Positions 36,836 to 46,873 are shown, counted from the stretch's first letter. The stretch: DNA of 64,000 bases from an uncultured Gammaproteobacteria bacterium (GCA_964472415.1 CAYYLC010000002.1:164783-228782), one strand, 5' to 3'. Made by a program: numbers and translations. The notes: generated by a model from the letters alone, not told the origin.

Positions 36836-39004
36836 ATGCAAGAATTAACGTATCTCCATATCCGAAATGCGAAAGATGATGAAACTACTATAGAATCTGC
36901 GACGCAAATTTTTGCCTCAGTTCTTTCAGCGCCCTATGTTTCACTATTTAAGCGGTTATTTAAAAAACCACCGATATTTTCCTTTGAGATTTTTCTTATA
37001 AAAAATAAAATTAATTTTTATGTTACTGTTCCTTCTGAGCACGCGCAATATATCTCAAGCTTAATTCTTTCCTCATACCCGGTTGCTTTTATTGCACGAA
37101 CTGATGATCCGATGGATAAGGTTCTCTCTGCTGCACATGTTTCAATAGGAGAAATGAAGCAAGCAGGAGCCTATTATTTACCAATCAAAACATATTCTGA
37201 TTTTTCTATAGATCCACTTGCATCTCTTATTGGATTTATGGCAAAGCAATCAGATGACGTTACGATGGCAATGCAAATTATTGTGACTCCTGCGTCATTT
37301 CCTTGGCAGGGAAACATCATGAGGCAGACTACTGAAGTGAAAAAGGGAGGAAATGAAGAAGGACCGTCTATTGAATATGCACTTCCAAAAGCTCAAATGA
37401 CAAAAAAGGCTTCATTTCAAGGTGGAAAGGTGATAATCAGGCTTGCTGTGGGATCAGACTCTGTTATTCCAACACCATTTTTGCATGATCTTGCTGGAAC
37501 GTTTGGGAGTTTCTCATTGGGAGAAGGAAATCAATTGATTCTCAAAAAACCGCTTGTTCGAAAGGGCGCATTTTTAACTCGGCTTAAGCAAAGAAAGAGT
37601 CCGGTATTTGAGAGGCGTTACCAAATTTTTAATTCACAAGAACTTGCGACTCTGTGGCATCCGCCAGGACTTCAGTTGGCAGGAATTAAGAATATTTCTT
37701 GGGGGAAGACATTGAAAGGCGAGCCGCCTGAGAATTTGCCAACTGCATTGGGTCTTACTGACGAAGAAAAAAGACAGATAAATTTCTTTGGCCAAACTGA
37801 ATTTAAAAATACTGAAACAATTTTTGGCGTGAAAGATGTAGATAGGAGAAAGCATGTATATATCATGGGGAAGACTGGCGCTGGAAAATCAACGCTAATT
37901 GCAAATATGGCAATTGATGATATACGAAAAGATAGAGGAATCGGGATCATAGATCCACATGGAGATTTGACTGAGCAAATCCTCGATTATATCCCCAAAA
38001 GGCGGCTCAATGATGTAGTGTATCTCGAACCATTTGATACTGAGCGACCATTCTCCTTAAATGTTTTGGAAATTAAAAACCAACAGCATAAAGATCTAAT
38101 TGCTTCAGGAATTGTGGGAATATTTGCAAAGATTTATGCGGACTCATGGGGACCACGACTCGAGTACATTCTGAGAAATACGATATTTTCCCTCCTCGAA
38201 ATTGAGGGGGCTACATTGATTGACGCACTCAGGATTCTTTCTGAAAAAAACTATCGTAATCGTGTAGTGCCGCAGATATCAGATCCTGTTATTAGAAATT
38301 TTTGGGACAATGAATTTGATAAAATGACGGATAAATTACGCGTTGAGGCGATTGCGCCAATTCAGAACAAGATCGGGCAGTTTGTTTCAAGTAAGATGAT
38401 CAGAAATATTATTGGCAGCCCGAAGTCTACTATCGATTTAGAGGAGATTATGAATGGAAAAAAGATATTGCTTCTTAATCTTTCGCAAGGAAAATTAGGG
38501 GAAGATAACGCGTCACTTCTGGGTGCGATGATTATTACTCAGATTCAGCTCGCTGCAATGAATCGGGCGTTTATGCGGGAAGAAGATCGTCAGGACTTTT
38601 TCCTGTATGTGGATGAGTTCCAAAATTTTGCAACAAGTTCATTTATAAAAATTCTTTCTGAGGCACGAAAGTACCGTCTTGCAATAACCCTTGCAAATCA
38701 GTATATTGACCAGCTTGATGTGACTATTCAGAAGGCAATATTTGGAAATGCGGGGACGCTCGTATCATTTGTGACGGGTGCAGGAGATGCAGCGCTTCTT
38801 CAGCAAGAATATGCAGGGATTTATACGCAGAATGATTTGGTTTCACTGGGAAAACACGAAATTGTTTTGAAGCTTTGTATTGATGGTATGTCTTCAAGTC
38901 CATTTCCCGCCAAAACTCTTCCACCACCAAGCTTAAAAAATGATAATCGCGAAACAATTATTCGGCTTTCAAAAGAACGCTATGGTCGAAAAGTTTCCCC
39001 GTAG
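36836..39004 (+). CDS. VirD4/TraD/TrwB-like type IV coupling-protein-family P-loop ATPase (DUF87-type), no TM helices evident
   Basis: Walker A IMGKTGAGKSTLIANMAIDDI...GIIDPHGDL. Walker B FFLYVDEFQNF. 722 aa, with an N-terminal domain of about 330 aa and unknown function. Confidence 0.55.
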   Translation: MQELTYLHIRNAKDDETTIESATQIFASVLSAPYVSLFKRLFKKPPIFSFEIFLIKNKINFYVTVPSEHAQYISSLILSSYPVAFIARTDDPMDKVLSAAHVSIGEMKQAGAYYLPIKTYSDFSIDPLASLIGFMAKQSDDVTMAMQIIVTPASFPWQGNIMRQTTEVKKGGNEEGPSIEYALPKAQMTKKASFQGGKVIIRLAVGSDSVIPTPFLHDLAGTFGSFSLGEGNQLILKKPLVRKGAFLTRLKQRKSPVFERRYQIFNSQELATLWHPPGLQLAGIKNISWGKTLKGEPPENLPTALGLTDEEKRQINFFGQTEFKNTETIFGVKDVDRRKHVYIMGKTGAGKSTLIANMAIDDIRKDRGIGIIDPHGDLTEQILDYIPKRRLNDVVYLEPFDTERPFSLNVLEIKNQQHKDLIASGIVGIFAKIYADSWGPRLEYILRNTIFSLLEIEGATLIDALRILSEKNYRNRVVPQISDPVIRNFWDNEFDKMTDKLRVEAIAPIQNKIGQFVSSKMIRNIIGSPKSTIDLEEIMNGKKILLLNLSQGKLGEDNASLLGAMIITQIQLAAMNRAFMREEDRQDFFLYVDEFQNFATSSFIKILSEARKYRLAITLANQYIDQLDVTIQKAIFGNAGTLVSFVTGAGDAALLQQEYAGIYTQNDLVSLGKHEIVLKLCIDGMSSSPFPAKTLPPPSLKNDNRETIIRLSKERYGRKVSP

Positions 39005-39072
39005 TTTGCAAAGCGCTGTTTTTCTTACCATTATTTTTCGACATTCTTCGAACTTCACGATATAATTGACCC

Positions 39073-40005
39073 ATGCACGATGATAAAGACATTTTTATGC
39101 TTGTTGATGGAAGCGCAATAGTTCATCGTGCGTATCATGCACTTCCAGCGTTTACGAGAAAAGATGGGGTTGCCACTGGTGCCGTTCATGGATTTTTCCA
39201 GATGATTTTTAAAATGATGGAGCATTTACAACCAAAGCATATCGCGATTGCATTTGACCGCCCTAAGCCTACATTTCGGCAACTGATGTATGCTGGTTAT
39301 CAATCTCAACGTCCGAAAATGGAGTCTGAACTTTCTGAGCAATTTCGAATTATCATAGAGCTTCTTTATGATGCCAATATTCCTACATATGCAGTTGACG
39401 GATATGAGGCGGATGATATTATTGGAACGCTTGCATATAAGGCAAAAGATATTGGCGGGGTTTCATATATCGTAACAGGAGATCGTGATATGCTGCAATT
39501 AGTAACAGAGAAAGTGAAAGTTCTTGCCCCCGTGAAAGGAATCTCAGAAGTCATGCTTTTTGATGCGGATAAAGTGCGGGAAAAATACGGTATTAATCCT
39601 TCACAATTTGTGGATTTGAAAGGGCTTATGGGAGATGCTTCAGATAATTATCCGGGAGTTTTGGGTGTAGGGCCAAAAACTGCGGCCGATCTTATAAATA
39701 CATATGGAGATATTGATGCAATTTATAAAAATCTCGGGGAAATAGCGTTGAAGAAAAAGAAGCTTGCAGAAAAACTTACGAATGGTGCAGAGGATGCAAT
39801 CATGGCGAGGAAGCTTGCAAAGATTTTAACTGATGTTCCGTTTATGTATGATTTTTCTGAGATGGATGTGAAGCGTATTGATGCAGAAAGGCTGCGAGAG
39901 GGATTTGAGAAATATGAGTTTAAAACACTCCCTAAACGACTTGATGAGGTGATAAAAAAATCAGGCGAGTTTGGGAAAGCAAAGATGCAGATGAAGCTCT
40001 TATAA
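39073..40005 (+). CDS. Stand-alone 5'-3' exonuclease (PolI N-terminal/FEN-like, PIN + H3TH)
   Basis: MLVDGSAIVHRAYHALP... 5'-3' exo N-terminal motifs. H3TH region (GDASDNYPGVLGVGPKTAADLI). 310 aa. No polymerase domain follows. Confidence 0.8.
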   Translation: MHDDKDIFMLVDGSAIVHRAYHALPAFTRKDGVATGAVHGFFQMIFKMMEHLQPKHIAIAFDRPKPTFRQLMYAGYQSQRPKMESELSEQFRIIIELLYDANIPTYAVDGYEADDIIGTLAYKAKDIGGVSYIVTGDRDMLQLVTEKVKVLAPVKGISEVMLFDADKVREKYGINPSQFVDLKGLMGDASDNYPGVLGVGPKTAADLINTYGDIDAIYKNLGEIALKKKKLAEKLTNGAEDAIMARKLAKILTDVPFMYDFSEMDVKRIDAERLREGFEKYEFKTLPKRLDEVIKKSGEFGKAKMQMKLL

Positions 40006-40656
40006 ATGATGGAAGCAGTTATTTTTGATAAAGATGGGGTATTAGTAGATACTGAAGGGATTGTATCCGAAGGAGTAGCGCGTATCGTAAAAAAGCATAG
40101 CACTATTCCCTTTAATATGGATGATGTTGTACGGCTTCGGGGGAGTAGTGCTGCTGCTACATTTGCGTTTTTAAAGGAAAAATATAAGTTATCGTTCTCA
40201 GTTCCGGAAATCCTTGATAAATATCAGATAGAGTATGAGGAAATCATTTCTACAAAAAGCGATATTGTAATGGAGGGGGCAATAGATTTCATAAAAGAAT
40301 TGCAAACACAAAATATTCCGTATGGGATTGGCACGAACTCAAGCAGGGAACGTACGCAGTTGTCTCTCAGAGGCATTGAACAGTATTTTCCCGTTATAGT
40401 TACTGCAGATGATATTTTGCATCCCAAACCAGCACCAGATGTGTTTTTAGCAGTAAGCGATAAGCTCGGAGTTGATATAGAAAAGTGTATTGTTGTAGGT
40501 GATACTAATAATGACGCGCTTGCTGCGCAAAGTGCAGGTGCAAAGTTTGTGTTTTTTGACCACAATTTAGGACTTACGGTTGAGGGAGTGGTAGATTTAA
40601 GAATTGCCTCAATGAAAGAGCTATCTGTAGAGAGATTGCAAAGACTTTTTTCATAA
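40006..40656 (+). CDS. HAD-superfamily hydrolase (beta-phosphoglucomutase-like subfamily IA)
   Basis: Motif I FDKDGVLVDTE. Motif IV GDTNNDALAAQSAG. 216 aa. Confidence 0.7.
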   Translation: MMEAVIFDKDGVLVDTEGIVSEGVARIVKKHSTIPFNMDDVVRLRGSSAAATFAFLKEKYKLSFSVPEILDKYQIEYEEIISTKSDIVMEGAIDFIKELQTQNIPYGIGTNSSRERTQLSLRGIEQYFPVIVTADDILHPKPAPDVFLAVSDKLGVDIEKCIVVGDTNNDALAAQSAGAKFVFFDHNLGLTVEGVVDLRIASMKELSVERLQRLFS

Positions 40657-40657
40657 T

Positions 40658-41767
40658 ATGAAGATAGCAATTGTTCATGACTATATAAAAGAGTATGGTG
40701 GGGCAGAAAAAGTTCTTGAAGAATTGCACGCTATTTTTCCCAAGGCACCAATTTATACCAGCGTATATCTTCCGTCATACCTCGGACCACATAGGGATCG
40801 ATTTGAAGAAATGGATATTCGTGCTTCTTTCCTTCAGAAAATCCCTTTTATTGCCAAGCTTATTTCGCCAATACGCCTGATTAGTCCGTGGGTGTTTAAA
40901 AGCTTTAATTTTAATGGATTTGATGTGGTTCTTGTTTCACAAACTGGTGCGTATTTTCCTCATGCATTAAATAAGAAAAATGCCAAGCTTATTTCCTACA
41001 CTCATACGCCCCCGAGATATCTTTATGGATATAAGACTGCCCGAAATATTAGCAAGAATAAAGTTTTTTATCTGCTTGCCCATATCATGAACCACTTTTT
41101 ACGTATTGTAGATTTTAATACCGCGCAAAATGTAGATGTGTTTATCGCAAACTCTGAAGAAGTAAGATCGCGTATTAAAAAATTTTACAGAAGGAGTGCG
41201 CAGGTTATCTATCCACCAGTTGTCGTGAGTAGCCTTACTGCCTCCTCTGTGTCACCTGCTCAGTCCTATTACTTAACAGGGGGAAGATTAGCGAGGGCAA
41301 AGGGGACTGATGTCGTGATTCGCGCATTTAATAAAAATGGAAAAAAATTGAAGATATTTGGGAAAGGGTTTGCAGGATTTGAAGAGGAGCTAAAAGTATT
41401 ATCGAAAAATAATATTGAGTTTGTGGGAGAGGTGAGTAACGAGGAGAAGTTTAGCCTTATGACACACGCACAGGCATTTATATTCTCTTCATTTGATGAG
41501 GATTTTGGGATTACTCCAGTGGAGAGCATGATGCTTGGGACGCCTGTGATTGCATTTAAATCAGGCGGAGTTCAAGAAACAGTGCGAGAAGGAGTCTCTG
41601 GAATATTCTATGAGGAAAATTCTCCAGAAAAATTGAATGAGACAATAGAAAAATTTGAATCTCCTATCTGGCAAAAGAAATTAAGAAAAACGAGTATGCA
41701 GCAGGTAACTCGCAGATTTTCTCTGGAAGAATTTCAAAAAAATATACAACACGCGATAAGGCTGTAG
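40658..41767 (+). CDS. GT4-family glycosyltransferase
   Basis: C-terminal GT-B EX7E region (EDFGITPVESMMLGTPVIAFKSGGVQETV). 369 aa. Confidence 0.75.
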   Translation: MKIAIVHDYIKEYGGAEKVLEELHAIFPKAPIYTSVYLPSYLGPHRDRFEEMDIRASFLQKIPFIAKLISPIRLISPWVFKSFNFNGFDVVLVSQTGAYFPHALNKKNAKLISYTHTPPRYLYGYKTARNISKNKVFYLLAHIMNHFLRIVDFNTAQNVDVFIANSEEVRSRIKKFYRRSAQVIYPPVVVSSLTASSVSPAQSYYLTGGRLARAKGTDVVIRAFNKNGKKLKIFGKGFAGFEEELKVLSKNNIEFVGEVSNEEKFSLMTHAQAFIFSSFDEDFGITPVESMMLGTPVIAFKSGGVQETVREGVSGIFYEENSPEKLNETIEKFESPIWQKKLRKTSMQQVTRRFSLEEFQKNIQHAIRL

Positions 41768-41774
41768 TAATATA

Positions 41775-42302
41775 TTATTGTATTTTACATACAGTTATGA
41801 TTTTCCTGAGATTGAAATATAGTGAGAAAAATAGAATCCCAATAGAGAGGATATATAACTCAATTCCACCAAAAGGGAGTAGGGTAATTACTGCAGAAAT
41901 CCCAATAATCGAGGCAAACGAGAGCCCACATGAAGCACAACCCGCTGCTACTAATGAGAGAATTCCTGTTCCGGTAAGTATTCGTATATTGCCGCGCTTT
42001 TTCAGTATGGAAAATTTATTCAAAATAAGGGTTAGATTTATTCCAAATAAAATTCCCATTATAGATACCATTATTAAATCAATTATGCTGATTGCTTGTA
42101 ACGAGCCGAAAAAAATCAATGCAATGATTTTTAGTTTTGCCAAAATCGGATATGAGTTGAATATAAAGGTAAGAAATGATCGGAAATTGATAACTATTAT
42201 GGTGAATGAAATAAAGGAAATTGAAAAGAAGAAAATAAATAAGAGAGACTTTTTGTGTAGTAATTCGTTGGACAAGACACGAAAGAAAAGTTTGAGGTTC
42301 AT
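41775..42302 (-). CDS. Hypothetical polytopic membrane protein with membrane-embedded CxxC (GCASCG)
   Basis: 175 aa with 4-5 TM helices and a CASC motif. Convergent and adjacent to the DsbA-like gene. Confidence 0.35.
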   Translation of the reverse strand: MNLKLFFRVLSNELLHKKSLLFIFFFSISFISFTIIVINFRSFLTFIFNSYPILAKLKIIALIFFGSLQAISIIDLIMVSIMGILFGINLTLILNKFSILKKRGNIRILTGTGILSLVAAGCASCGLSFASIIGISAVITLLPFGGIELYILSIGILFFSLYFNLRKIITVCKIQ

Positions 42303-42329
42303 GATGTTATTATAGCGGATGAAAGAAGC

Positions 42330-43079
42330 CTATCCTTCAAGTTCTTGGTCGATGATTGCTTTGAATGAGGCAAACGGCATAGCACCAATTAGTTGCTGAC
42401 CATTAATGTAAAACGTGGGTGTTCCAGAAGCCTGGGCTGCAGCTGCATCAGTTGCGTCTTTATCAACATTTGCAGCGTACTTTTCAGTTTCTAAACAGGT
42501 TCTAAACTGGTCTCCGTTTATGCCTATTTCTGTAGCCCATGTTACAAAGGTGTCAGTTGTTGCGGCAGAGAATTGTGCCTGGCTTTCAAATAATTTATCA
42601 TGGTATTCCCAAAATTTATTCTGTTCATTTGCACATTCTGAAGCAAGTGCTGCGGGACGAGCTTGTGGATGGAAGTCAAGTGGGAGATGTCTATAATAAA
42701 GCTTTGCCTTTCCCGTATCAATGTATTCAGCTACAATCTGATCGTACGAATCATTGTAGAATTGTCCACAAAATGGACACTCAAAATCAGAAAACTCTAC
42801 AATAGTAACGGGAGCGTTTGGGTCACCTTTTACTGGCAAGCTTCCATTTTCTACGTCAACAAAGACCGGTGCAGCTGAGTCTCCAGCGAGAGCAGCTCCT
42901 GCAACCTCTTCAGTTGGAGTGCCAGCTATTTGTGCATTCTCGACTCCTTGCAGACGCCCTAATAGGTATCCAATTGCAAGAAACGAAAGAAGAAGGACGA
43001 TATACATAAACCTCACCATAAGAAGCTGAATCGGACTCGAGAAGATCGATGCGATAGTAGCCTGTTGTGATTTCGCCAT
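42330..43079 (-). CDS. DsbA-like thiol:disulfide oxidoreductase (thioredoxin fold)
   Basis: N-terminal TM anchor. CPFC active site in FSDFECPFCGQF. 249 aa. Locally elevated GC compared with neighbours, judged by eye. Confidence 0.7.
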   Translation of the reverse strand: MAKSQQATIASIFSSPIQLLMVRFMYIVLLLSFLAIGYLLGRLQGVENAQIAGTPTEEVAGAALAGDSAAPVFVDVENGSLPVKGDPNAPVTIVEFSDFECPFCGQFYNDSYDQIVAEYIDTGKAKLYYRHLPLDFHPQARPAALASECANEQNKFWEYHDKLFESQAQFSAATTDTFVTWATEIGINGDQFRTCLETEKYAANVDKDATDAAAAQASGTPTFYINGQQLIGAMPFASFKAIIDQELEG

Positions 43080-43247
43080 CTATACATGAAACCAAAAAAA
43101 CAGAGAAAAGTCAATAGAAATTGAAAAGTTGAATGCGTGCAAGTCTATTGTATAATAGACGAGTGCGAAAGATTTTTTTGCATTCATTGAGGTGTTTTGA
43201 TAGAGTAGAAAGCTTTAAATTAGGGAAATACTGATTTAAATTACGGT

Positions 43248-43967
43248 ATGGGAAATTCAAAAGAAAGAATTATTATGTCTCTCGGGGGGTCACTCGTTTA
43301 TCCCCACGGAGGGGTAGACGTTGAATTTCTTAAACAATTCAATAAATTTATCCGCGAAGAACTGGCGAAGAACCCAAACCGCCAGTTTTTTATTGTCGTT
43401 GGGGGTGGAACGATAGCTCGACATTATAGAGATGCTGGACGAGATGTTTTAGGGCACGAACTTACTCCAGACGATTTAGATTGGTTGGGAATTCATGCAA
43501 CAAAAATGAACGCACACCTTATTAGGACAATTTTTCGAGATATTGCCCATCAGTTCGTTCTGAAGCATTATGAAATTATTCGGAAAGTTACTGAACCGGT
43601 AGTTGTGGGATCTGGATGGAAGCCGGGATGGTCGACAGATTTTTGCGCAACCTTAATGGCAGAAGATTATCGAGTTAATGAGATCATTAATATGAGTAAT
43701 ATTAAGATGGTATATGATAAGGATCCGAAGGAATTCAAAGATGCAAAACCAATCAAGAATATTACGTGGAAGAACTTCCGAAAGATTGTAGGAGATACAT
43801 GGGCACCAGGACTGAATGTTCCATTTGATCCTATTGCGGCAAAGCGCTCAGAAGAGTTAGGGTTGAAAGTGGTAATTTTAGATGGAGAGAATTTAGAAAA
43901 CTTGAGAAATTATATTAATGGAAAAGAATTTATAGGTACGATGATAACACCGGAAAACGAATTATGA
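43248..43967 (+). CDS. Amino-acid-kinase family protein, UMP kinase-like (archaeal-type PyrH)
   Basis: VVGGGTIARHY ... GSGWKPGWSTDFCA fits the AAK fold/UMP kinase pattern. 239 aa. Confidence 0.55.
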   Translation: MGNSKERIIMSLGGSLVYPHGGVDVEFLKQFNKFIREELAKNPNRQFFIVVGGGTIARHYRDAGRDVLGHELTPDDLDWLGIHATKMNAHLIRTIFRDIAHQFVLKHYEIIRKVTEPVVVGSGWKPGWSTDFCATLMAEDYRVNEIINMSNIKMVYDKDPKEFKDAKPIKNITWKNFRKIVGDTWAPGLNVPFDPIAAKRSEELGLKVVILDGENLENLRNYINGKEFIGTMITPENEL

Positions 43968-44797
43968 GGTCATTTGACCCACAAATATTACAGAGACTGT
44001 ATATCCCCCCCAAAGATGCTCACAAGCCACAAAGTGGTACAGTAATGCTGATCGGTGGTTCTCAACTTTTCCACGCTGCGTCTTTATGGGCACTTTCGGT
44101 TATAAGCAAAATCGTTGATATGGCATTTTATGCATCTGTCGAATCTAATAATGAGATAGTCCAAAAAGCAAAAGAAGAGTTCCGAAATGGAATCGTCGTG
44201 CCTAGAGGTAAAATTGATGATTATATAAAAGATGCGGATGTTGTGTTGATTGGGCCAGGACTGCCTCGCAAGGAAGGTCTTGAGATAGGTGATGATGATA
44301 CTAAAGAGCTTACCGAAAGTCTTCTAAAGAAATATCCTGAAAAGAAATGGGTTATCGACGGTGGGAGTTTGCAGATTATGAATCCGGAACTTCTGTTTGA
44401 TCTCAGAGAAGTACCCATACTCACCCCGCATCTGAAAGAATTTAAAATACTTTTTGGTATAGATGCGACCCCTGATTCTGCTTTGAAAATGGCAAAGAAA
44501 TATAATTGTGTAATAATACTCAAAGGCGAATTTGACGTTGTTTGCTCAAGTGATGGTGGCGTTAAGATAGAAGGGGGGAATAGCGGCATGACGAAAGGTG
44601 GTACGGGAGATGTGCTTGCTGGATTAGTTGCTGCGTTATATTCAAAAAATGATGCGTTTCTTGCGGCGCAGGCGGGGAGCTATATTAACAAAAAAGCAGG
44701 AGAGAGTCTTTTTGAAAAAGTTGGGTATTATTTTAATGCTTCAGATTTAGCTGATGAAATTCCTCGCGCTATGAAGAGGGAGATTTTGGGACGATGA
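43964..44797 (+). CDS. ADP-dependent NAD(P)H-hydrate dehydratase (YjeF C-terminal domain)
   Basis: GGNSGMTKGGTGDVLAGLVAAL is the YjeF_C/carbohydrate-kinase signature. 277 aa. Confidence 0.7.
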   Translation: MRSFDPQILQRLYIPPKDAHKPQSGTVMLIGGSQLFHAASLWALSVISKIVDMAFYASVESNNEIVQKAKEEFRNGIVVPRGKIDDYIKDADVVLIGPGLPRKEGLEIGDDDTKELTESLLKKYPEKKWVIDGGSLQIMNPELLFDLREVPILTPHLKEFKILFGIDATPDSALKMAKKYNCVIILKGEFDVVCSSDGGVKIEGGNSGMTKGGTGDVLAGLVAALYSKNDAFLAAQAGSYINKKAGESLFEKVGYYFNASDLADEIPRAMKREILGR

Positions 44798-45738
44798 GTA
44801 TAGAAAATAAAGAAGATAATCCTAGTAGAGACTGGTTTACCTTTTATACTAAGGAAAATATTTCTTCAGAAAAGATTGAAGAAATAGATAATATCGTGAT
44901 GAACGGTATGACTTTCCAAATAGCTTCATTCGAAGATATATCCCCACAAATCCAATTACAAACAAAGAGTTCTCTATATGAAATAAGTAAAGATACGTTA
45001 GGAAGTGCTCTTTATAGTAGAGTGGCAACGGAGTATGAAAGATTAAATAATATATTGGAAGGGGAGGATATTTTATTCAGCGGGCAAATTTCAATAGATG
45101 AGCAAAGAAAAATTAACCTATTATCCTTACGGAATGGGAATGATCAAGAGTATGAAGAGATCCTTTCTTCTATACAGCAGATGAAAAATAAATATGGTGA
45201 AAAATTCAGAGCCCCATCGAATATAATTATTACTGCAACTGATGAGAAAAGATTTGATGCTAATTTAGCAAATGGGAGATATTCGTATCCTACGGATTCT
45301 ATTCTCCTTTTTCCTCAAGCATTTAATGGAGAGCATAGAGTGTCTGGTGTTTCTAATTTAACGGGTACTTTATTTCATGAATTTGGTCATTTGTATATTA
45401 ACGGGCATAGCTCATTATCAAATGAGTGGTATGAGTTAGGAGGATGGAAGAGGGATCAGGATGGTGTTCCATACACAAATATGGGAGAGGCGTGTGTCAA
45501 TGATTATGCCCGCACTCTTCCTGAGGAAGATTTTTGTGAATCATTAGTAGCATCAAACGTTAATCCACGATTATTACAGCATGTTTCTTCTGAGAAATAT
45601 AGATTCATAAATAATTTTTTTGGAGATTTTATAGGTGATTCTGAAGGTGTTGAAAAGCCTATCCTTGAATCGTCTGGTGAGCCGATTATTGATCTTCCTA
45701 ACAAGCTTAAGTATATTGTTGCTCAGAGATCTTTATAG
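44794..45738 (+). CDS. Hypothetical cytoplasmic HExxH protein (putative zinc metallopeptidase)
   Basis: HEFGH motif, then ...EEDF...SSEKYRFINNFF downstream. 314 aa, low GC. Paralogous pattern to the protein at 47268-48860. Confidence 0.4.
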   Translation: MSIENKEDNPSRDWFTFYTKENISSEKIEEIDNIVMNGMTFQIASFEDISPQIQLQTKSSLYEISKDTLGSALYSRVATEYERLNNILEGEDILFSGQISIDEQRKINLLSLRNGNDQEYEEILSSIQQMKNKYGEKFRAPSNIIITATDEKRFDANLANGRYSYPTDSILLFPQAFNGEHRVSGVSNLTGTLFHEFGHLYINGHSSLSNEWYELGGWKRDQDGVPYTNMGEACVNDYARTLPEEDFCESLVASNVNPRLLQHVSSEKYRFINNFFGDFIGDSEGVEKPILESSGEPIIDLPNKLKYIVAQRSL

Positions 45739-46791
45739 TTCAATAACCGTTACGCCTTTTTTATCCTCAAAGCGCTTGGGGAGAAATTCTTCGTGCGTTG
45801 TAGTAATAATCACTTGGTGATGAGGGAGAAGGTCGAGAACTTTATGAATATTCCCTTCATCAAGTTCTGAGAAAATGTCGTCAAGAAGCAGTATGGGTGT
45901 TTTGCCTGTTTTCTCTATGAGAAAGAGTGTTTCGATAAGTTTTGTTTGAAAAACGGTGAGGCGCTGTTCGCCTCGAGAGCCAAAGTCTTTTACTGATTTT
46001 CCATTTGGAAATTGAAAGATAATATCATCTCTTTGTGGCCCAACGAGCGTTCGAGCTGTGGCAATCTCTTCCTGTTTATATTTATTAAGGCGCTCTCGTG
46101 AGATGGTGCTTTTGTCGTAGTGAATATGCATGTCAAATATTTCCTTGGCGGCGCTATTTACATAATCGATAAACTCTTCTCGAAAGCGAGTGATAATTTG
46201 ACCATTTTCAATAACGAGATTATCCCAGTATTCAAACTCATCAAGTGTGAAAAATTTCTTTCCTTCCCGAGAGAGGTAGAGCATGCGGTTCCGTCGCTTC
46301 AATGCCTTTTCATAGAGAGACACTGCAAGTCGATATTGCTTGTTGGATTGAGATAAAATGGAGTTAATGTATTCGCGTCTAACTGATGGAGAGTTGTTAA
46401 TTATTTCAAGATCCTCCGGTGTGAAAAGTACGGTAAGAAGATTTGAAATAAAGTCGGATTGGCGCCGCGAAACATTATTTACGAGGTATTTTTTTGAGAT
46501 GCGATTATTCTGATTTGCTATTATAATAGCAAGTTTTTTCTCATCATTATTTTCAAATATCCTGCATTCAGCCCGAGCAAATAAATTATGGGTAGTAATA
46601 ACATCAGTATCCTTTTCTGCTTTAAAGCTTTTTCCATGCGAAAGCATGTATAGTGATTCAAGAATCGAAGTTTTGCCGCTCGTATTTTTTCCGATAAAAA
46701 TAGTTACTTGAGAAAATAAAAAAGTGCGTTTCTGGTGATTGCGAAATCCTGAGAGTATGAGAGATTCAATTTTCATTATCATATTATACAT
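45733..46791 (-). CDS. recF: DNA replication and repair protein RecF
   Basis: N-terminal SMC-like Walker A (IFIGKNTSGKTSILES). C-terminal signature and Walker B (LLLDDIFSELD). 352 aa. Confidence 0.8.
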   Translation of the reverse strand: MYNMIMKIESLILSGFRNHQKRTFLFSQVTIFIGKNTSGKTSILESLYMLSHGKSFKAEKDTDVITTHNLFARAECRIFENNDEKKLAIIIANQNNRISKKYLVNNVSRRQSDFISNLLTVLFTPEDLEIINNSPSVRREYINSILSQSNKQYRLAVSLYEKALKRRNRMLYLSREGKKFFTLDEFEYWDNLVIENGQIITRFREEFIDYVNSAAKEIFDMHIHYDKSTISRERLNKYKQEEIATARTLVGPQRDDIIFQFPNGKSVKDFGSRGEQRLTVFQTKLIETLFLIEKTGKTPILLLDDIFSELDEGNIHKVLDLLPHHQVIITTTHEEFLPKRFEDKKGVTVIEL

Positions 46792-46873
46792 ATTCTTAAT
46801 TCCCGTATTTGGTAAGACGAGAAATTATCCTCTTCAAGGAGAATGTATAGTGAGATTTTTTGGGAAAAAGAGG

